From positions 78,732 through 142,731 of the forward strand of contig JBBDNM010000026.1 of NCBI GenBank assembly GCA_040877595.1: a stretch of DNA of 64,000 nucleotides, read 5' to 3'. Made by a program: the position numbers and the translations under genes. How positions within the stretch are numbered: the stretch's first letter is position 1; every line of letters starts with the position of its first letter. This stretch comes from Gemmatimonadales bacterium. GTDB lineage: Bacteria; Gemmatimonadota; Gemmatimonadetes; Gemmatimonadales; GWC2-71-9. Shown piece after piece: positions 29,177 to 38,394 of the stretch. The notes under the pieces are model-generated. The model was given only the letters and a program-made list of their open reading frames with translations. It had not been told where the DNA came from and searched no databases.

Positions 29177-30402
29177 AGCCCACCGACGCCGCACACCAGA
29201 TCGTCAGCACCATCACGCCGCTCCCTGCGGTCACCGTGCCCCTCACGCGCGCCTTGGATTGCGTGCTCGCCGCCGACATCACCAGTCCGATCAACCTGCC
29301 CCCCTGGACCAACTCGGCGATGGACGGCTATGCGACGCGGGCCACAGATAGCACAGAAGGGGCACGATTGAAGGTGATCGAGTCGGTGCCCGCGGGCGCC
29401 TTTCCGACGCGGGCCCTCGGGCCGGGCGAGGCCACGCGCATCTTCACGGGCGCCCCGCTGCCCGAAGGCGCGGACGGCGTCATCCGCCAGGAGGACACGA
29501 CCGCGTCCGGCCACACCGTCGTGATCACCAACCCGCGCGATGCGGGCCGCAACCTCCGGCACAGCGGCGAGGATATCGCGCAGGGCTCGACGGTCCTGAC
29601 GCGGGGCACACCGCTCGGGCCGGCCCAGCTCGGTGTCCTCGCCTCCATCGCCCAGGCGGACGTGTCGGTGCATCGCCGTCCCGTGGTGGCGATCCTCGGT
29701 TCCGGTGATGAGATCGTGGACCTAGACCGCCGCGACGAGATCCTAGCCGGCACCAAGATCGCGACGTCGAATAGCTACACGTTGCTCGGCAATCTGGCGC
29801 GTGCCGGCGTCGAGGCGCGCAATTTGGGGCTGGCCGTCGATGATCCCGCCGACCTGGAAGCCCGCCTGCGGCAGGCGGCCGACGCCGACCTGATCGTGAC
29901 GACCGCCGGCATCAGCGTGGGCGAGCACGACCACCTGCGTGAGGTGATCACGCGCCTGGGTGGGACGATCGATTTCTGGCGCTTGCGCATGCGGCCGGGA
30001 GCGCCGGTCGGGTTCGGGCAGGTGATGGGTGTGCCGTGGATCGGCCTGCCGGGCAACCCGGTGAGCGCGATGGTCACGTACGAGCTGTTCGTGCTGCCTG
30101 CCATTCGCCGATTGCAGGGACACGCCCTGCCCTTCCGCCGCACGGTGACGGTGACCATTGACGAGCCGTTCGCCTGCACGCCACCGCTCACGCACTTTCA
30201 GCGCGGATGCGTCCGTGCGGACGGCGACCGCTTGCTGGCGCGACTGACGGGACCCCAAGGATCGGGTATCCTCACGTCCATGGCCAAGGCCGACGCGTTA
30301 TTGATTGTGCCTGCGGAAGTCAACGCCGTCGAGGCGGGAGACACCCTCCGAGCCATCCTGCTGTCGGACCCGGTGTTTCGCGCGACGCCGGACTGGGAGT
30401 AG
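29173..30402 (+). CDS. moeA: molybdopterin molybdenumtransferase MoeA
   Basis: GTG at 29173 overlaps the mobB stop (GTGA). NSAMDGYA; IFTGAPLPEGADGVIRQED; VTTAGISVGEHDHL; GLPGNPVSAMV. Confidence 0.88.
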   Translation: MKPTDAAHQIVSTITPLPAVTVPLTRALDCVLAADITSPINLPPWTNSAMDGYATRATDSTEGARLKVIESVPAGAFPTRALGPGEATRIFTGAPLPEGADGVIRQEDTTASGHTVVITNPRDAGRNLRHSGEDIAQGSTVLTRGTPLGPAQLGVLASIAQADVSVHRRPVVAILGSGDEIVDLDRRDEILAGTKIATSNSYTLLGNLARAGVEARNLGLAVDDPADLEARLRQAADADLIVTTAGISVGEHDHLREVITRLGGTIDFWRLRMRPGAPVGFGQVMGVPWIGLPGNPVSAMVTYELFVLPAIRRLQGHALPFRRTVTVTIDEPFACTPPLTHFQRGCVRADGDRLLARLTGPQGSGILTSMAKADALLIVPAEVNAVEAGDTLRAILLSDPVFRATPDWE

Positions 30403-32022
30403 CTACATTCTCTTGTAGCTGGGCCCGCTGCCGCCTTCGCGCGGTGTCCACCGCGGACCCAGGACATCCGTCGCCTTGCAGTCAATGCAGTTGGGCGCGT
30501 TGACCTTGAGACCGCCATCCACCCACTCGTACACACCGGCTGGGCACATCCGCTCGTACAGGCGCGCGGTGGCTTCGTCAATCTGGTCGGCGGGAATCAG
30601 GTGGGACGGGATATCATCGCGGGTGGCGTTGCCCGACTTGAACACGGCGTCCAGCTTGCGAATCGCGAGTGGTCCGGTGGGTTCGGCAGCGGTCCCCCGC
30701 ACGACGCGCTTGGGGGCATCCGCGTCCGCGTGCATCGGGATTCGTCCACCAGGAATCCGTCCGCCGGTGACCGTCATCAATCCGGCCTTCATGACGCCAC
30801 TGACAAATCCGTCCTTGAACGCGAGCCGCATATTGCGCGTGCGGTACATGTCGCTCCCGATATAGCTCTCCCGCACGGCGGTATCGTAGGCACGCAGGCG
30901 CTCGACGGTGGGGTCGCCCGCGGCGAGCGCCTCGCGGATCGCCTTGGCCGCGTAGATCCCCGACTGCATCGCGTAGTGAATGCCCTTGAGGGAGGGCACA
31001 TCCACGAAACCCACCGTGTCGCCCACGGTCACGAGTCCGTTTCCGGAGAACCGCTCGGGCAGCGCATGGAACCCGCCTTCGGGAATCGTCTTGGCTCCCC
31101 ACTCCACCAGTTCCCCGCCGTCGAGGATCCTGGCGAAGAAGGGATGGGACTTCATGCGTTGCAGCAGCTGGTGCACGTCGAGCCCCGCATCGCGATAGTC
31201 GAGACCCACCACCAGGCCCAACGAGACCAGGTGCGACTCCATCGGATACATCCAACTGCCGCCGAAGGCGTCGCGCGGCAGCGGCCAGCCCATCGTGTGA
31301 ATCACGCGATCGAGCGGCGTCCTGGTCTCCCACAGTTCCTTGACGCCGAGGGCAAAGATCTGCGGGTTCGCCGATCCGACGCCTCGCCACGCACGCCATG
31401 CCATGGCCAGTGGGCCCCGTGTGCCTTCAGCGAGGACCGTCACCTTGCCGGTGATATCGGCCGGCGGCTGGAACCCCGGACCCGGCCGTCCATCGCGGCC
31501 CAGTCCACTGGGCTCGGTGCGGACACCAAGGACGCGGTCGTCCCGCACCAGAAGCGAAGCGGCCGGATAGCCTGGGAAGATATTGACGCCGACCCGCTCG
31601 GCCTGTTCGCCCATCCAGCGCACGATCTCGCTAATGGATGCCACGTAGTGGCCGTGGTTCCGCATGGTGGGCGGCACGGGGATGCGGCGGGCGGCGTGCT
31701 CTGTCAGAAAGTAGACCGCATCGCGCGTCACGGGCGTGCGGAGCGGAAGATCCTTGTCGGAGAGGTCCGGGAAGAGTTCCCGCAGGGCGCGCGGGTTGAC
31801 GACCGCGCCCGAGAGCGTGTGTTCGCCGAGCGCCGCCGCCTTTTCCAGCACGGCCACTTGGAGATCGCCGCCGCGCGCCAATGCGATCGCGGTGGCAAGA
31901 CCCGCGGGCCCACCCCCCACAATCACCACATCCATCTCGATGGCTTCCTCACCCGGCGCGTCAGCGGTGATGAAGCGGTGCTGCGGGAGCGCGGGATGGC
32001 GCTCGGCGGGCCGGACGGTCAC
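30403..32022 (-). CDS. electron transfer flavoprotein:quinone oxidoreductase (ETF-QO)
   Basis: MDVVIVGGGPAGLATAIALA. C-terminal 4Fe-4S region NAPNCIDCKATDVLGPRWTPREGGSGPSYKRM. Start set at GTG 32022, which overlaps the upstream stop (GTGA); the alternative is ATG 31935. Confidence 0.88.
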   Translation of the reverse strand: MTVRPAERHPALPQHRFITADAPGEEAIEMDVVIVGGGPAGLATAIALARGGDLQVAVLEKAAALGEHTLSGAVVNPRALRELFPDLSDKDLPLRTPVTRDAVYFLTEHAARRIPVPPTMRNHGHYVASISEIVRWMGEQAERVGVNIFPGYPAASLLVRDDRVLGVRTEPSGLGRDGRPGPGFQPPADITGKVTVLAEGTRGPLAMAWRAWRGVGSANPQIFALGVKELWETRTPLDRVIHTMGWPLPRDAFGGSWMYPMESHLVSLGLVVGLDYRDAGLDVHQLLQRMKSHPFFARILDGGELVEWGAKTIPEGGFHALPERFSGNGLVTVGDTVGFVDVPSLKGIHYAMQSGIYAAKAIREALAAGDPTVERLRAYDTAVRESYIGSDMYRTRNMRLAFKDGFVSGVMKAGLMTVTGGRIPGGRIPMHADADAPKRVVRGTAAEPTGPLAIRKLDAVFKSGNATRDDIPSHLIPADQIDEATARLYERMCPAGVYEWVDGGLKVNAPNCIDCKATDVLGPRWTPREGGSGPSYKRM

Positions 32023-32660
32023 GGACGCAGCAGCATGCGCGCACCGACCGTGATCACACCATCGTGCGACGTACCGGTCTGGAAGGTGGGCACCAGGCCG
32101 GCGTTGTCGGTCTTGAGGAAGAAGGAGTGCCACGCCACGCGCACGAAAGTCCGCTCGCCGGCGGCAAAGTCCGCGCCAATCGTGAAGACGCCGCCAATAT
32201 CCATCGTCGGTTCGGTCTGGACGGAAAAGGTTGACGGTTGTACGCGCATCCCGGCCGCGCCGAGGCCGAAGTACACCGGGGCGCGTGCCTTGAGGCGCGC
32301 GAGCAGCTGGGCGCGGCCGCGAATGCCGTACACGCGGCCGCTGGTGTTGCAGTTTCCGCCGGGAATGCATTGCTGCCGCAGCATGGTGAGTCCATCGGCA
32401 CCCACCGCGATGCCGAACGTCCCCATGAGGGGTGCCTGCAACTCGGCACCCACTCCCAGCCCCCGCGTGAACGCAAAGTTGATGCAGTTCACGTCGCTGC
32501 AGGCCGGGAGCGAGTCAAGGAAGGCTCTCGTTCCATAAGCATTCATCGCACCGGAAATCGTCACCGACAACGGGAACGACGCGGGGCGCGGCCGACGGGT
32601 CTGTGCCGACAGCGGCGCGACGACGGCAACAGCCAACAGGACAACCAGGCTGCGGATCAT
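32019..32660 (-). CDS. outer-membrane beta-barrel protein (OmpW/porin-like, hypothetical)
   Basis: Signal MIRSLVVLLAVAVVAPLSAQ. Alternating strands. C-terminal ITVGARMLLRP. Embedded between etfA and the ETF-QO gene. Confidence 0.65.
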   Translation of the reverse strand: MIRSLVVLLAVAVVAPLSAQTRRPRPASFPLSVTISGAMNAYGTRAFLDSLPACSDVNCINFAFTRGLGVGAELQAPLMGTFGIAVGADGLTMLRQQCIPGGNCNTSGRVYGIRGRAQLLARLKARAPVYFGLGAAGMRVQPSTFSVQTEPTMDIGGVFTIGADFAAGERTFVRVAWHSFFLKTDNAGLVPTFQTGTSHDGVITVGARMLLRP

Positions 32661-32661
32661 A

Positions 32662-33633
32662 TCAGGTACTCCTTGCGTGACGGACAGCTTCAGTCAGTCG
32701 CGGAATGATATCGAACAGGTCGCCCACGATCCCGTAATCGGCCACCTTGAAGATCGGTGCATCCTTGTCCTTGTTGATCGCCACAATCGTGCGCGCCGTG
32801 CGCATCCCCGCCAGATGCTGAATGGCACCGGATATCCCGACGGCGATATACAGGTTCGGGCTCACCGTCTTGCCCGTCTGTCCCACCTGCTCGCTGTGTG
32901 GGCGCCACCCGGCATCCACCACCGCCCGCGAGGCGCCGACTGCGGCTTGGCCGCCAAACGCTTCCGCCAGGGCTTCCAGCAACGCGAAGTGGGCAGGCTC
33001 CTTGAAGCCACGCCCACCGCTCACCACGACTGGTGCTTCGGCGACATCCAGCGTGGCGCGGGCTGACGCCTTGATCTCGACCGTGCGCTCCCCGTGGCTC
33101 GTGATGGCCGGAAGCGCCATCGCGCTCACCGCACCCGCCTTCGCCCGCTCCCTCGGCGTGAAGTTGTTCGGCCGCAGCGTGACCACCACGCGGTCGGCCG
33201 TGACCGCCAGACGCGCGTGCGCCTTGCCAGCATACACCGGACGGGTCACTTGGATCACGCCGGCGTCCACTTCGAGGGCCGTCACGTCAGCCGCGAGCGG
33301 GGCATCGAGCCGGGCGGCGATGCGTGGACCCAGGTCACGTCCCATCGCCGTCGCGGCGACGAGTACCGCCCGGCAGCCTGCCGCCGCCTGCACAGCGATC
33401 GAGGTCCAGGCCCCGGGCTGATACAGATGAAAATCGTCTCCCGATGCCACCAGCACCTTGTCGGCGCCGTGCGCGGCCAGCGCCTCGGTGGCGATCCCGG
33501 CCCGGCCGATCACAAGCGCATGCACCTCGGCGCCCATCGCATCGGCCAGCGTGCGTGCGGCGGTGACCGTTTCGAGGGCCACGCGCTTGATCGTGCCGCC
33601 ACGCTGTTCGCAGACGGCAAGAATCGTCGTCAT
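32662..33633 (-). CDS. etfA: electron transfer flavoprotein alpha subunit
   Basis: VVSGGRG...YIAVGISGAIQHLAGMRTARTIVAINKDKDAPIFKVADYGIVGDLF. Confidence 0.93.
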   Translation of the reverse strand: MTTILAVCEQRGGTIKRVALETVTAARTLADAMGAEVHALVIGRAGIATEALAAHGADKVLVASGDDFHLYQPGAWTSIAVQAAAGCRAVLVAATAMGRDLGPRIAARLDAPLAADVTALEVDAGVIQVTRPVYAGKAHARLAVTADRVVVTLRPNNFTPRERAKAGAVSAMALPAITSHGERTVEIKASARATLDVAEAPVVVSGGRGFKEPAHFALLEALAEAFGGQAAVGASRAVVDAGWRPHSEQVGQTGKTVSPNLYIAVGISGAIQHLAGMRTARTIVAINKDKDAPIFKVADYGIVGDLFDIIPRLTEAVRHARST

Positions 33634-34385
33634 CAGAGCACCTTCGCTTCCGTCCGCAGGGCCTCGATCAGGGCGGGCACCGCGTCAGGCCCCTCACCGA
33701 GGATGCGGCCCGCCGGCCGTTCGGGGGGTGGCGCCAATCCCACGAGGCGCAGGCCACCCTCGGGCACGTTGACCGCCTTGATCTCGAGGGGCTTCTTCTT
33801 TGCCGCCATGATGCCCTTGAGCGCCGGGTAGCGCGGCTCGTTCAGGCCCTTGTCGCACGTCACCACCGCGGGAAGCGGCGCGGTCACGACTTCCGTGCCA
33901 CCTTCAATCTCCCGCTCGGCCGTCAACGACCCGTCCGCTACCGTGAGGTGGGCCACCGCGCTTACGGAAGGGCGCCCCAACTTCTCGGCTACGATGGTCC
34001 CGACGGCGTGCGTCGCATCATCAATCGCAAGCTTGCCCGCGAGAATCAGATCATACCCAGCCTCAGCGAGCTCGGCGGCCAGCAGGCTACCCGCGACTAC
34101 CGGATCCGCGATCGGTCGGTCCACCTTGAGCAGGACACCACGGTCGGCGCCCATGGCCAGGGCCGTGCGAATGGTCTCCTGCGAGGCATCCGTGCCAAGC
34201 GACACGACCACGACCTCACCCTGCCCGGCAGCATCCCGGAGCTTCAACGCCTCTTCGACGGCAAACTCATCGTACGGATTGAGGACAAACTTGACGCCCG
34301 CTTCGTCAAGACTCACGCCGTCGGCGCCAATCTTGATGCGGGCCTCGCTGTCCGGGACCCGCTTGATGCAGACCGCTATCTTCAC
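33633..34385 (-). CDS. etfB: electron transfer flavoprotein beta subunit
   Basis: MKIAVCIKRVPDSEARIKI...NPYDEFAVEEALKL...DLILAGKLAIDD. 1-nt overlap with etfA. Confidence 0.93.
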   Translation of the reverse strand: MKIAVCIKRVPDSEARIKIGADGVSLDEAGVKFVLNPYDEFAVEEALKLRDAAGQGEVVVVSLGTDASQETIRTALAMGADRGVLLKVDRPIADPVVAGSLLAAELAEAGYDLILAGKLAIDDATHAVGTIVAEKLGRPSVSAVAHLTVADGSLTAEREIEGGTEVVTAPLPAVVTCDKGLNEPRYPALKGIMAAKKKPLEIKAVNVPEGGLRLVGLAPPPERPAGRILGEGPDAVPALIEALRTEAKVL

Positions 34386-34483
34386 TCCAACCTCAATAGT
34401 GACAATGGGTTACGTGCGGCTAGAGGAAGGGTGGCCGCGCCTGCGAAAACTAGCCGCGGCGCTTGGGCGAGGCAACGCGCCGG

Positions 34484-35536
34484 TCAGAACCAGCCGCGGC
34501 GGCGAAAGAAGAACAGCATCCCCACGCCGACCGACACCATGATGCCCCACACGATGGGATAGCTCCAGCGCCAACCCAGCTCGGGCATGTGCACGAAGTT
34601 CATGCCGTACACACCGACAATGAACGTGAGCGGAATGAAAATCGTGGCGATGACGGTGAGTACCCGCATCACGTCGTTCATCCGGTGGCTCAACGCGGAG
34701 AGGTAGGCGTCAACCATGCCCTGCACCATCTCGCGATTCAGGTCAATCGTTTCCATGATGCGAACGAGGTGATCTTCCACGTCGCGCAGGTACAGCCGAG
34801 TGCTTTGCTGGATCAGCGCCGAATCCCCGCGGCGCACGTGGGCAACCGCGTCGAACGCGGGGCCGACAAACCGGCGCAGGCTCACCAAGGCGCGCTTGAT
34901 CGCATACAGTTCGGCCAGCGTCGAGCTGTCCGGCGACGCGATGACGTCCGGTTCAAGATCCTCAACCCGCGTGCCCAAGCCTTCCGCCACCTGGAAATAG
35001 TTGTCCACGACCGTGTCGACCAACGCGTACATCAGGTAGTCGGGGCCGTGCTGGCGTACGCGACTCTCTGCCTGTTCCAGACGGCGGCGGACCGGGTCAA
35101 AGGTGTCGGCCTCACGCTCCTGGAACGTGAGCACCCAGTGCGGACCCAGCACCAATGAGACCTGTTCCACTTCAATGGTGCGCTTCTCCGGATGCACCAT
35201 GATCATCTTGAGCACCAAATAGTATCGGTCGCCGTAGTCCTCGGCCTTGGGACGCTGCGTGGTGTTGACGAGATCTTCCATCAGGAGGGGATGCAGCCCG
35301 AACCCGGTGCCGAGGTGGCGTACCAGCTCGACGTCGTGCACACCGTTCACGTCCACCCACGCCACGTGGTCGGCGGTCGCGAACGCGGCAGCCGCGGCAG
35401 CATCCGGAAGGGAACGCGCCTCCAGCGTACCTTGCGGCGCAAACCGCATCCCGGCCATGGTCACATCGACGGCATGGCGTTCGCCGACGTGGATGAGTGT
35501 GCCTGGCGCGAGGCCGGCCTTCGTATGGCGAGGCAT
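34484..35536 (-). CDS. corA: CorA-type magnesium/cobalt transporter
   Basis: ATG at 35536 (MPRHTKAG...). C-terminal TVIATIFIPLTFIVGVYGMNF (GMN motif) plus a final TM helix. The track ORF continues upstream only as overlap with the EVE gene in another frame. Confidence 0.9.
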   Translation of the reverse strand: MPRHTKAGLAPGTLIHVGERHAVDVTMAGMRFAPQGTLEARSLPDAAAAAAFATADHVAWVDVNGVHDVELVRHLGTGFGLHPLLMEDLVNTTQRPKAEDYGDRYYLVLKMIMVHPEKRTIEVEQVSLVLGPHWVLTFQEREADTFDPVRRRLEQAESRVRQHGPDYLMYALVDTVVDNYFQVAEGLGTRVEDLEPDVIASPDSSTLAELYAIKRALVSLRRFVGPAFDAVAHVRRGDSALIQQSTRLYLRDVEDHLVRIMETIDLNREMVQGMVDAYLSALSHRMNDVMRVLTVIATIFIPLTFIVGVYGMNFVHMPELGWRWSYPIVWGIMVSVGVGMLFFFRRRGWF

Positions 35537-36000
35537 TACGCGGAGCCGCGGCCCAAGCGGACCACGATCGCAAAATGCTCCGCGGACACCGGCTGCACCG
35601 ACAACCGGGCACCGCGCTGCGTGGCCATCATCCCCGTGAGCTTGGCGGCCCCTTTCAGGTCGGCGAGGGTGACAAACGTGGGAAATTTCTCGACGAACTT
35701 GACCCGGACCTGATACCAAATGGGCTTCTCGCGCGTCGCCTTCGGATCGTAATAGTCGCTCTTCCCGTCGAACTGTACGGGGTCCGGGTGGCCGGCCTCG
35801 ACCACTTGGGCCGCTCCCGCCACACCCGGCGGCTCCGCATTCGAGTGGTAGAACAGGACCTGATCGCCCACCTGGATTTCGTCCCGCAGGTAGTTGCGGG
35901 CCTTGTAGTTTCGGATGGAATCCCATCCCGTCGTGCGGTCGCGCTTGAGGTCGTCGATGGAATAGACCTCGGGCTCGGATTTTAAAAGCCAGTAGTTCAT
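35536..36000 (-). CDS. EVE (PUA-like, DUF55) domain protein
   Basis: ATG at 36000: MNYWLLKSEPEVYSIDDLKRD...WDSIRNYKARNYLRDEIQVGDQVLFYHSN. Its stop TAA overlaps the corA ATG by 1 nt. Confidence 0.85.
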   Translation of the reverse strand: MNYWLLKSEPEVYSIDDLKRDRTTGWDSIRNYKARNYLRDEIQVGDQVLFYHSNAEPPGVAGAAQVVEAGHPDPVQFDGKSDYYDPKATREKPIWYQVRVKFVEKFPTFVTLADLKGAAKLTGMMATQRGARLSVQPVSAEHFAIVVRLGRGSA

Positions 36001-36018
36001 GCCACTCCTCACGTTCGG

Positions 36019-36059
36019 AGTTCCCGTGCACGGTGCACGGTGCACAGTGCACGGGAACT
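36019..36059. repeat. 41-nt near-perfect palindrome made of 4 x GTGCAC at 7-bp spacing
   Basis: AGTTCCC GTGCACg GTGCACg GTGCACa GTGCAC GGGAACT. It overlaps the TAG stop (36058-36060) of the acyl-CoA dehydrogenase gene and lies 19 nt upstream of the EVE start. Confidence 0.95.
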
Positions 36060-37239
36060 ACGAGAATGCGCTCAACCCCGTCACTTCCTGTCCCAGCACC
36101 AGAGTGTGAATGTCGTGCGTTCCCTCGTAGGTGTACACGCTCTCCAGGTTGGCCAAGTGCCGCATGGCCTGGTACTCGGCCAGAATGCCGTTGGCGCCGA
36201 GCAGCCGCCGTGTTTCGCGCGCCGCTTCACACGCGATGTGCACGTTGTTCCGCTTGGCGAGCGACACCTGCTGCGCCGTCATGGTACCAGCGTCCTTGAG
36301 CCGACCGAGTTGAAGCACGAGCAACTGACCCTTGGTGATCTCGGTGAGCATGTCCGCCAGGCGCTGCTGCTGCAGCTGGAACTGGCCGATGGGTCGGTCG
36401 AACATGACCCGGTTCTTCGCATAACGCCGCGCTTCGTCAAAACAGGCCATCGCGGCACCCAGCGCGCCCCAGGCGATGCCGTACCGCGCCTGCGTCAGGC
36501 ACATCAGCGGGCTCTTGAGCCCGCCCGACTTGGGCAGCAACGCGTCCTTCGGGACGTGGACATCCTCAAGCACCAGCTCGCTAGTGTCGCTCGCCCTGAG
36601 CGAGAGCTTGCCCTTCTGGTCCTTGGCGGTGAAGCCCCTGGTGTCCGTCGGCACGATGAATCCACGAATGGTCGAGGCGTCATCCAGTGCGCCTGTCTTG
36701 GCCCACACCACCGATACCGTCGCCAGCGACCCGTTGGTGATCCACATCTTGGCGCCGTTCAACACCCAGCCGTCCTTGGTCTCGCGCGCCGTGGTGATCA
36801 TGCCCGCGGGGTTCGAGCCAAAGTCGGGCTCGGTAAGGCCGAAACATCCGATCGCTTGCCCCGTCGCGAGTTTGGGGAGCCACGCCTTGCGCTGCTCCTC
36901 GCTCCCGAACGCGAAGATGGGATACATCACGAGAGCGCCCTGCACCGAGGCGAACGAACGAATCCCCGAATCGCCGCGCTCGAGTTCCTGCATGATCAAG
37001 CCATAGGCGACGTTGTTGAGGCCCGCACACCCGTAGTGCTCCGGCAGGTTGGCCCCGAACAACCCCATTTCACCCATGAGCGGGATCAGGTGCTTCGGAA
37101 ACTCTCCCTTGACGTACGCGTCCCCGATGATGGGCATGACTTCGTTATCCACGAGGCGGCGCACGGTAGCGCGCACGGCACACTCTTCTTCGGAGAGCAG
37201 GCCGTCCATTGCATAGAAATCCACACCTTCGAAGGCCAC
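36058..37239 (-). CDS. glutaryl-CoA dehydrogenase-like acyl-CoA dehydrogenase
   Basis: Start set at GTG 37239, just after GGAGGA (VAFEGVDFYAMDGLLSEEE...). GLTEPDFGSNPAGMITTA...LNGAKMWITNGS...YEGTHDIHTLVLG. 393 aa. The track ORF upstream of this overlaps the next gene. Confidence 0.9.
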   Translation of the reverse strand: MAFEGVDFYAMDGLLSEEECAVRATVRRLVDNEVMPIIGDAYVKGEFPKHLIPLMGEMGLFGANLPEHYGCAGLNNVAYGLIMQELERGDSGIRSFASVQGALVMYPIFAFGSEEQRKAWLPKLATGQAIGCFGLTEPDFGSNPAGMITTARETKDGWVLNGAKMWITNGSLATVSVVWAKTGALDDASTIRGFIVPTDTRGFTAKDQKGKLSLRASDTSELVLEDVHVPKDALLPKSGGLKSPLMCLTQARYGIAWGALGAAMACFDEARRYAKNRVMFDRPIGQFQLQQQRLADMLTEITKGQLLVLQLGRLKDAGTMTAQQVSLAKRNNVHIACEAARETRRLLGANGILAEYQAMRHLANLESVYTYEGTHDIHTLVLGQEVTGLSAFS

Positions 37240-37250
37240 AAATCCTCCGG

Positions 37251-38093
37251 TCAGGTCGCCACGGCCCGGACCACCGGCCGACGGCGCGCAAATTGGTGTT
37301 GATGGGAGCGTCGAAAGACGCCGCCGCTCGCGTCCCAACGGTAGTGCTCCACGGTCATCGCTTCGTCTTCGACGACGATCCGGAAGAACACGGGCGGACG
37401 CCCACCACGTGAACGGGTGGACAACGTCCCGGCACAAGCGACCACCACGCCCTCCAGGGCCTCGACCTGTTCCGTGTGATCGTGCCCACACAGCACGAGA
37501 TCGGCGCCCGAGGCCACGATGCGTCGTTGCGCGGTCTTCCATCGCGCCAGCCCCATCCGCTTGGAGAGCTCGCCGCGCAGCACGTTGTGATGCAGCACCA
37601 GGATACGTGTCTGTTCGCGGCGTGCCGCGGTGAACAGCTTCTGCGCCCGCAAGATCTCGGACTTGGGCAAGTGGCCCTTCACGGCGATGTCGCCCAATCG
37701 CGGCGTGAGCGACCCCCATGCCACGCCGTGCGCCGTGAGGACACCGGCCACCACCGCGTCGGGCAGGTTCAGTGCCGGCGTGAGTTCTTCGCCGAAGTAC
37801 GCACGATACTTCGCGTACTTGCCACGCCGTCCGACCGGAATCAACGGGCGTCGCCACCACTGCACGTCGTGGTTGCCGGGAATGATGTGGACCGGAGCCG
37901 CGAACTCCATGGATCGGACGAAAGCGCGGGCGCGCTGCAACTCGCCGTGGCGAGCCCGTTGCGACACATCGCCCGAGATCACGACGAGGTTCGGCTCCAA
38001 CTCCGGCACCAGGGTCTCGACCGCCTCGATCTGGGCCAGGTCGGCGCCGCCGCCGAAGTGCGGGTCGGACAAGTGGACAAGACTGAAACTCAC
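37251..38093 (-). CDS. calcineurin-like metallophosphoesterase
   Basis: HLSDPHFG, SGDVSQRARHGE, GNHD, VLHHN, CGHDH. Confidence 0.85.
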   Translation of the reverse strand: MSFSLVHLSDPHFGGGADLAQIEAVETLVPELEPNLVVISGDVSQRARHGELQRARAFVRSMEFAAPVHIIPGNHDVQWWRRPLIPVGRRGKYAKYRAYFGEELTPALNLPDAVVAGVLTAHGVAWGSLTPRLGDIAVKGHLPKSEILRAQKLFTAARREQTRILVLHHNVLRGELSKRMGLARWKTAQRRIVASGADLVLCGHDHTEQVEALEGVVVACAGTLSTRSRGGRPPVFFRIVVEDEAMTVEHYRWDASGGVFRRSHQHQFARRRPVVRAVAT

Positions 38094-38100
38094 GGACGCC

Positions 38101-38394
38101 TCATGAAAGCCACAGGTTCGCGGCCCGATACACGATGGCGTAGACGAGTGCCCACGTAACCAGGGCAGCGCTGCCGGCCACGATCCGCGCCATTGGATCG
38201 TCCGGCACCTTGATCAGCACCCATACGCCAAACGCCAACACCACGCCGAGGGCCCAGCGACGCGCCAGACGGCGCGCGCGACGGCGCACCTGGGCGCGAC
38301 ACTCGCCGCAGAGCATGCCGAACGGGAGATCCACCGTCCGTCCGCACCGCGGACACCGCGTCTCACGCAAGGCGCCGAATGACGGCATCGGCAA
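38101..38394 (-). CDS. hypothetical zinc-ribbon membrane protein
   Basis: CPRCGRTVDLPFGMLCGEC, followed by an Arg-rich linker and two TM helices. Its 5' end overlaps the upstream dehydrogenase gene by about 30 nt. Confidence 0.5.
   Translation of the reverse strand: MPMPSFGALRETRCPRCGRTVDLPFGMLCGECRAQVRRRARRLARRWALGVVLAFGVWVLIKVPDDPMARIVAGSAALVTWALVYAIVYRAANLWLS

Noticed and set aside
30601-32538. 645-aa + strand ORF
   Set aside because: It is an antisense shadow of the ETF:quinone oxidoreductase and OMP genes. It has low-complexity Arg/Gly/His composition and no recognisable motif, whereas the opposite strand has strong family motifs.
34484-36052. 522-aa ORF suggesting a large CorA fusion protein
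   Set aside because: CorA homology begins at ATG 35536. The upstream 170 codons overlap, in another frame, a clean EVE-domain gene whose stop abuts that ATG.
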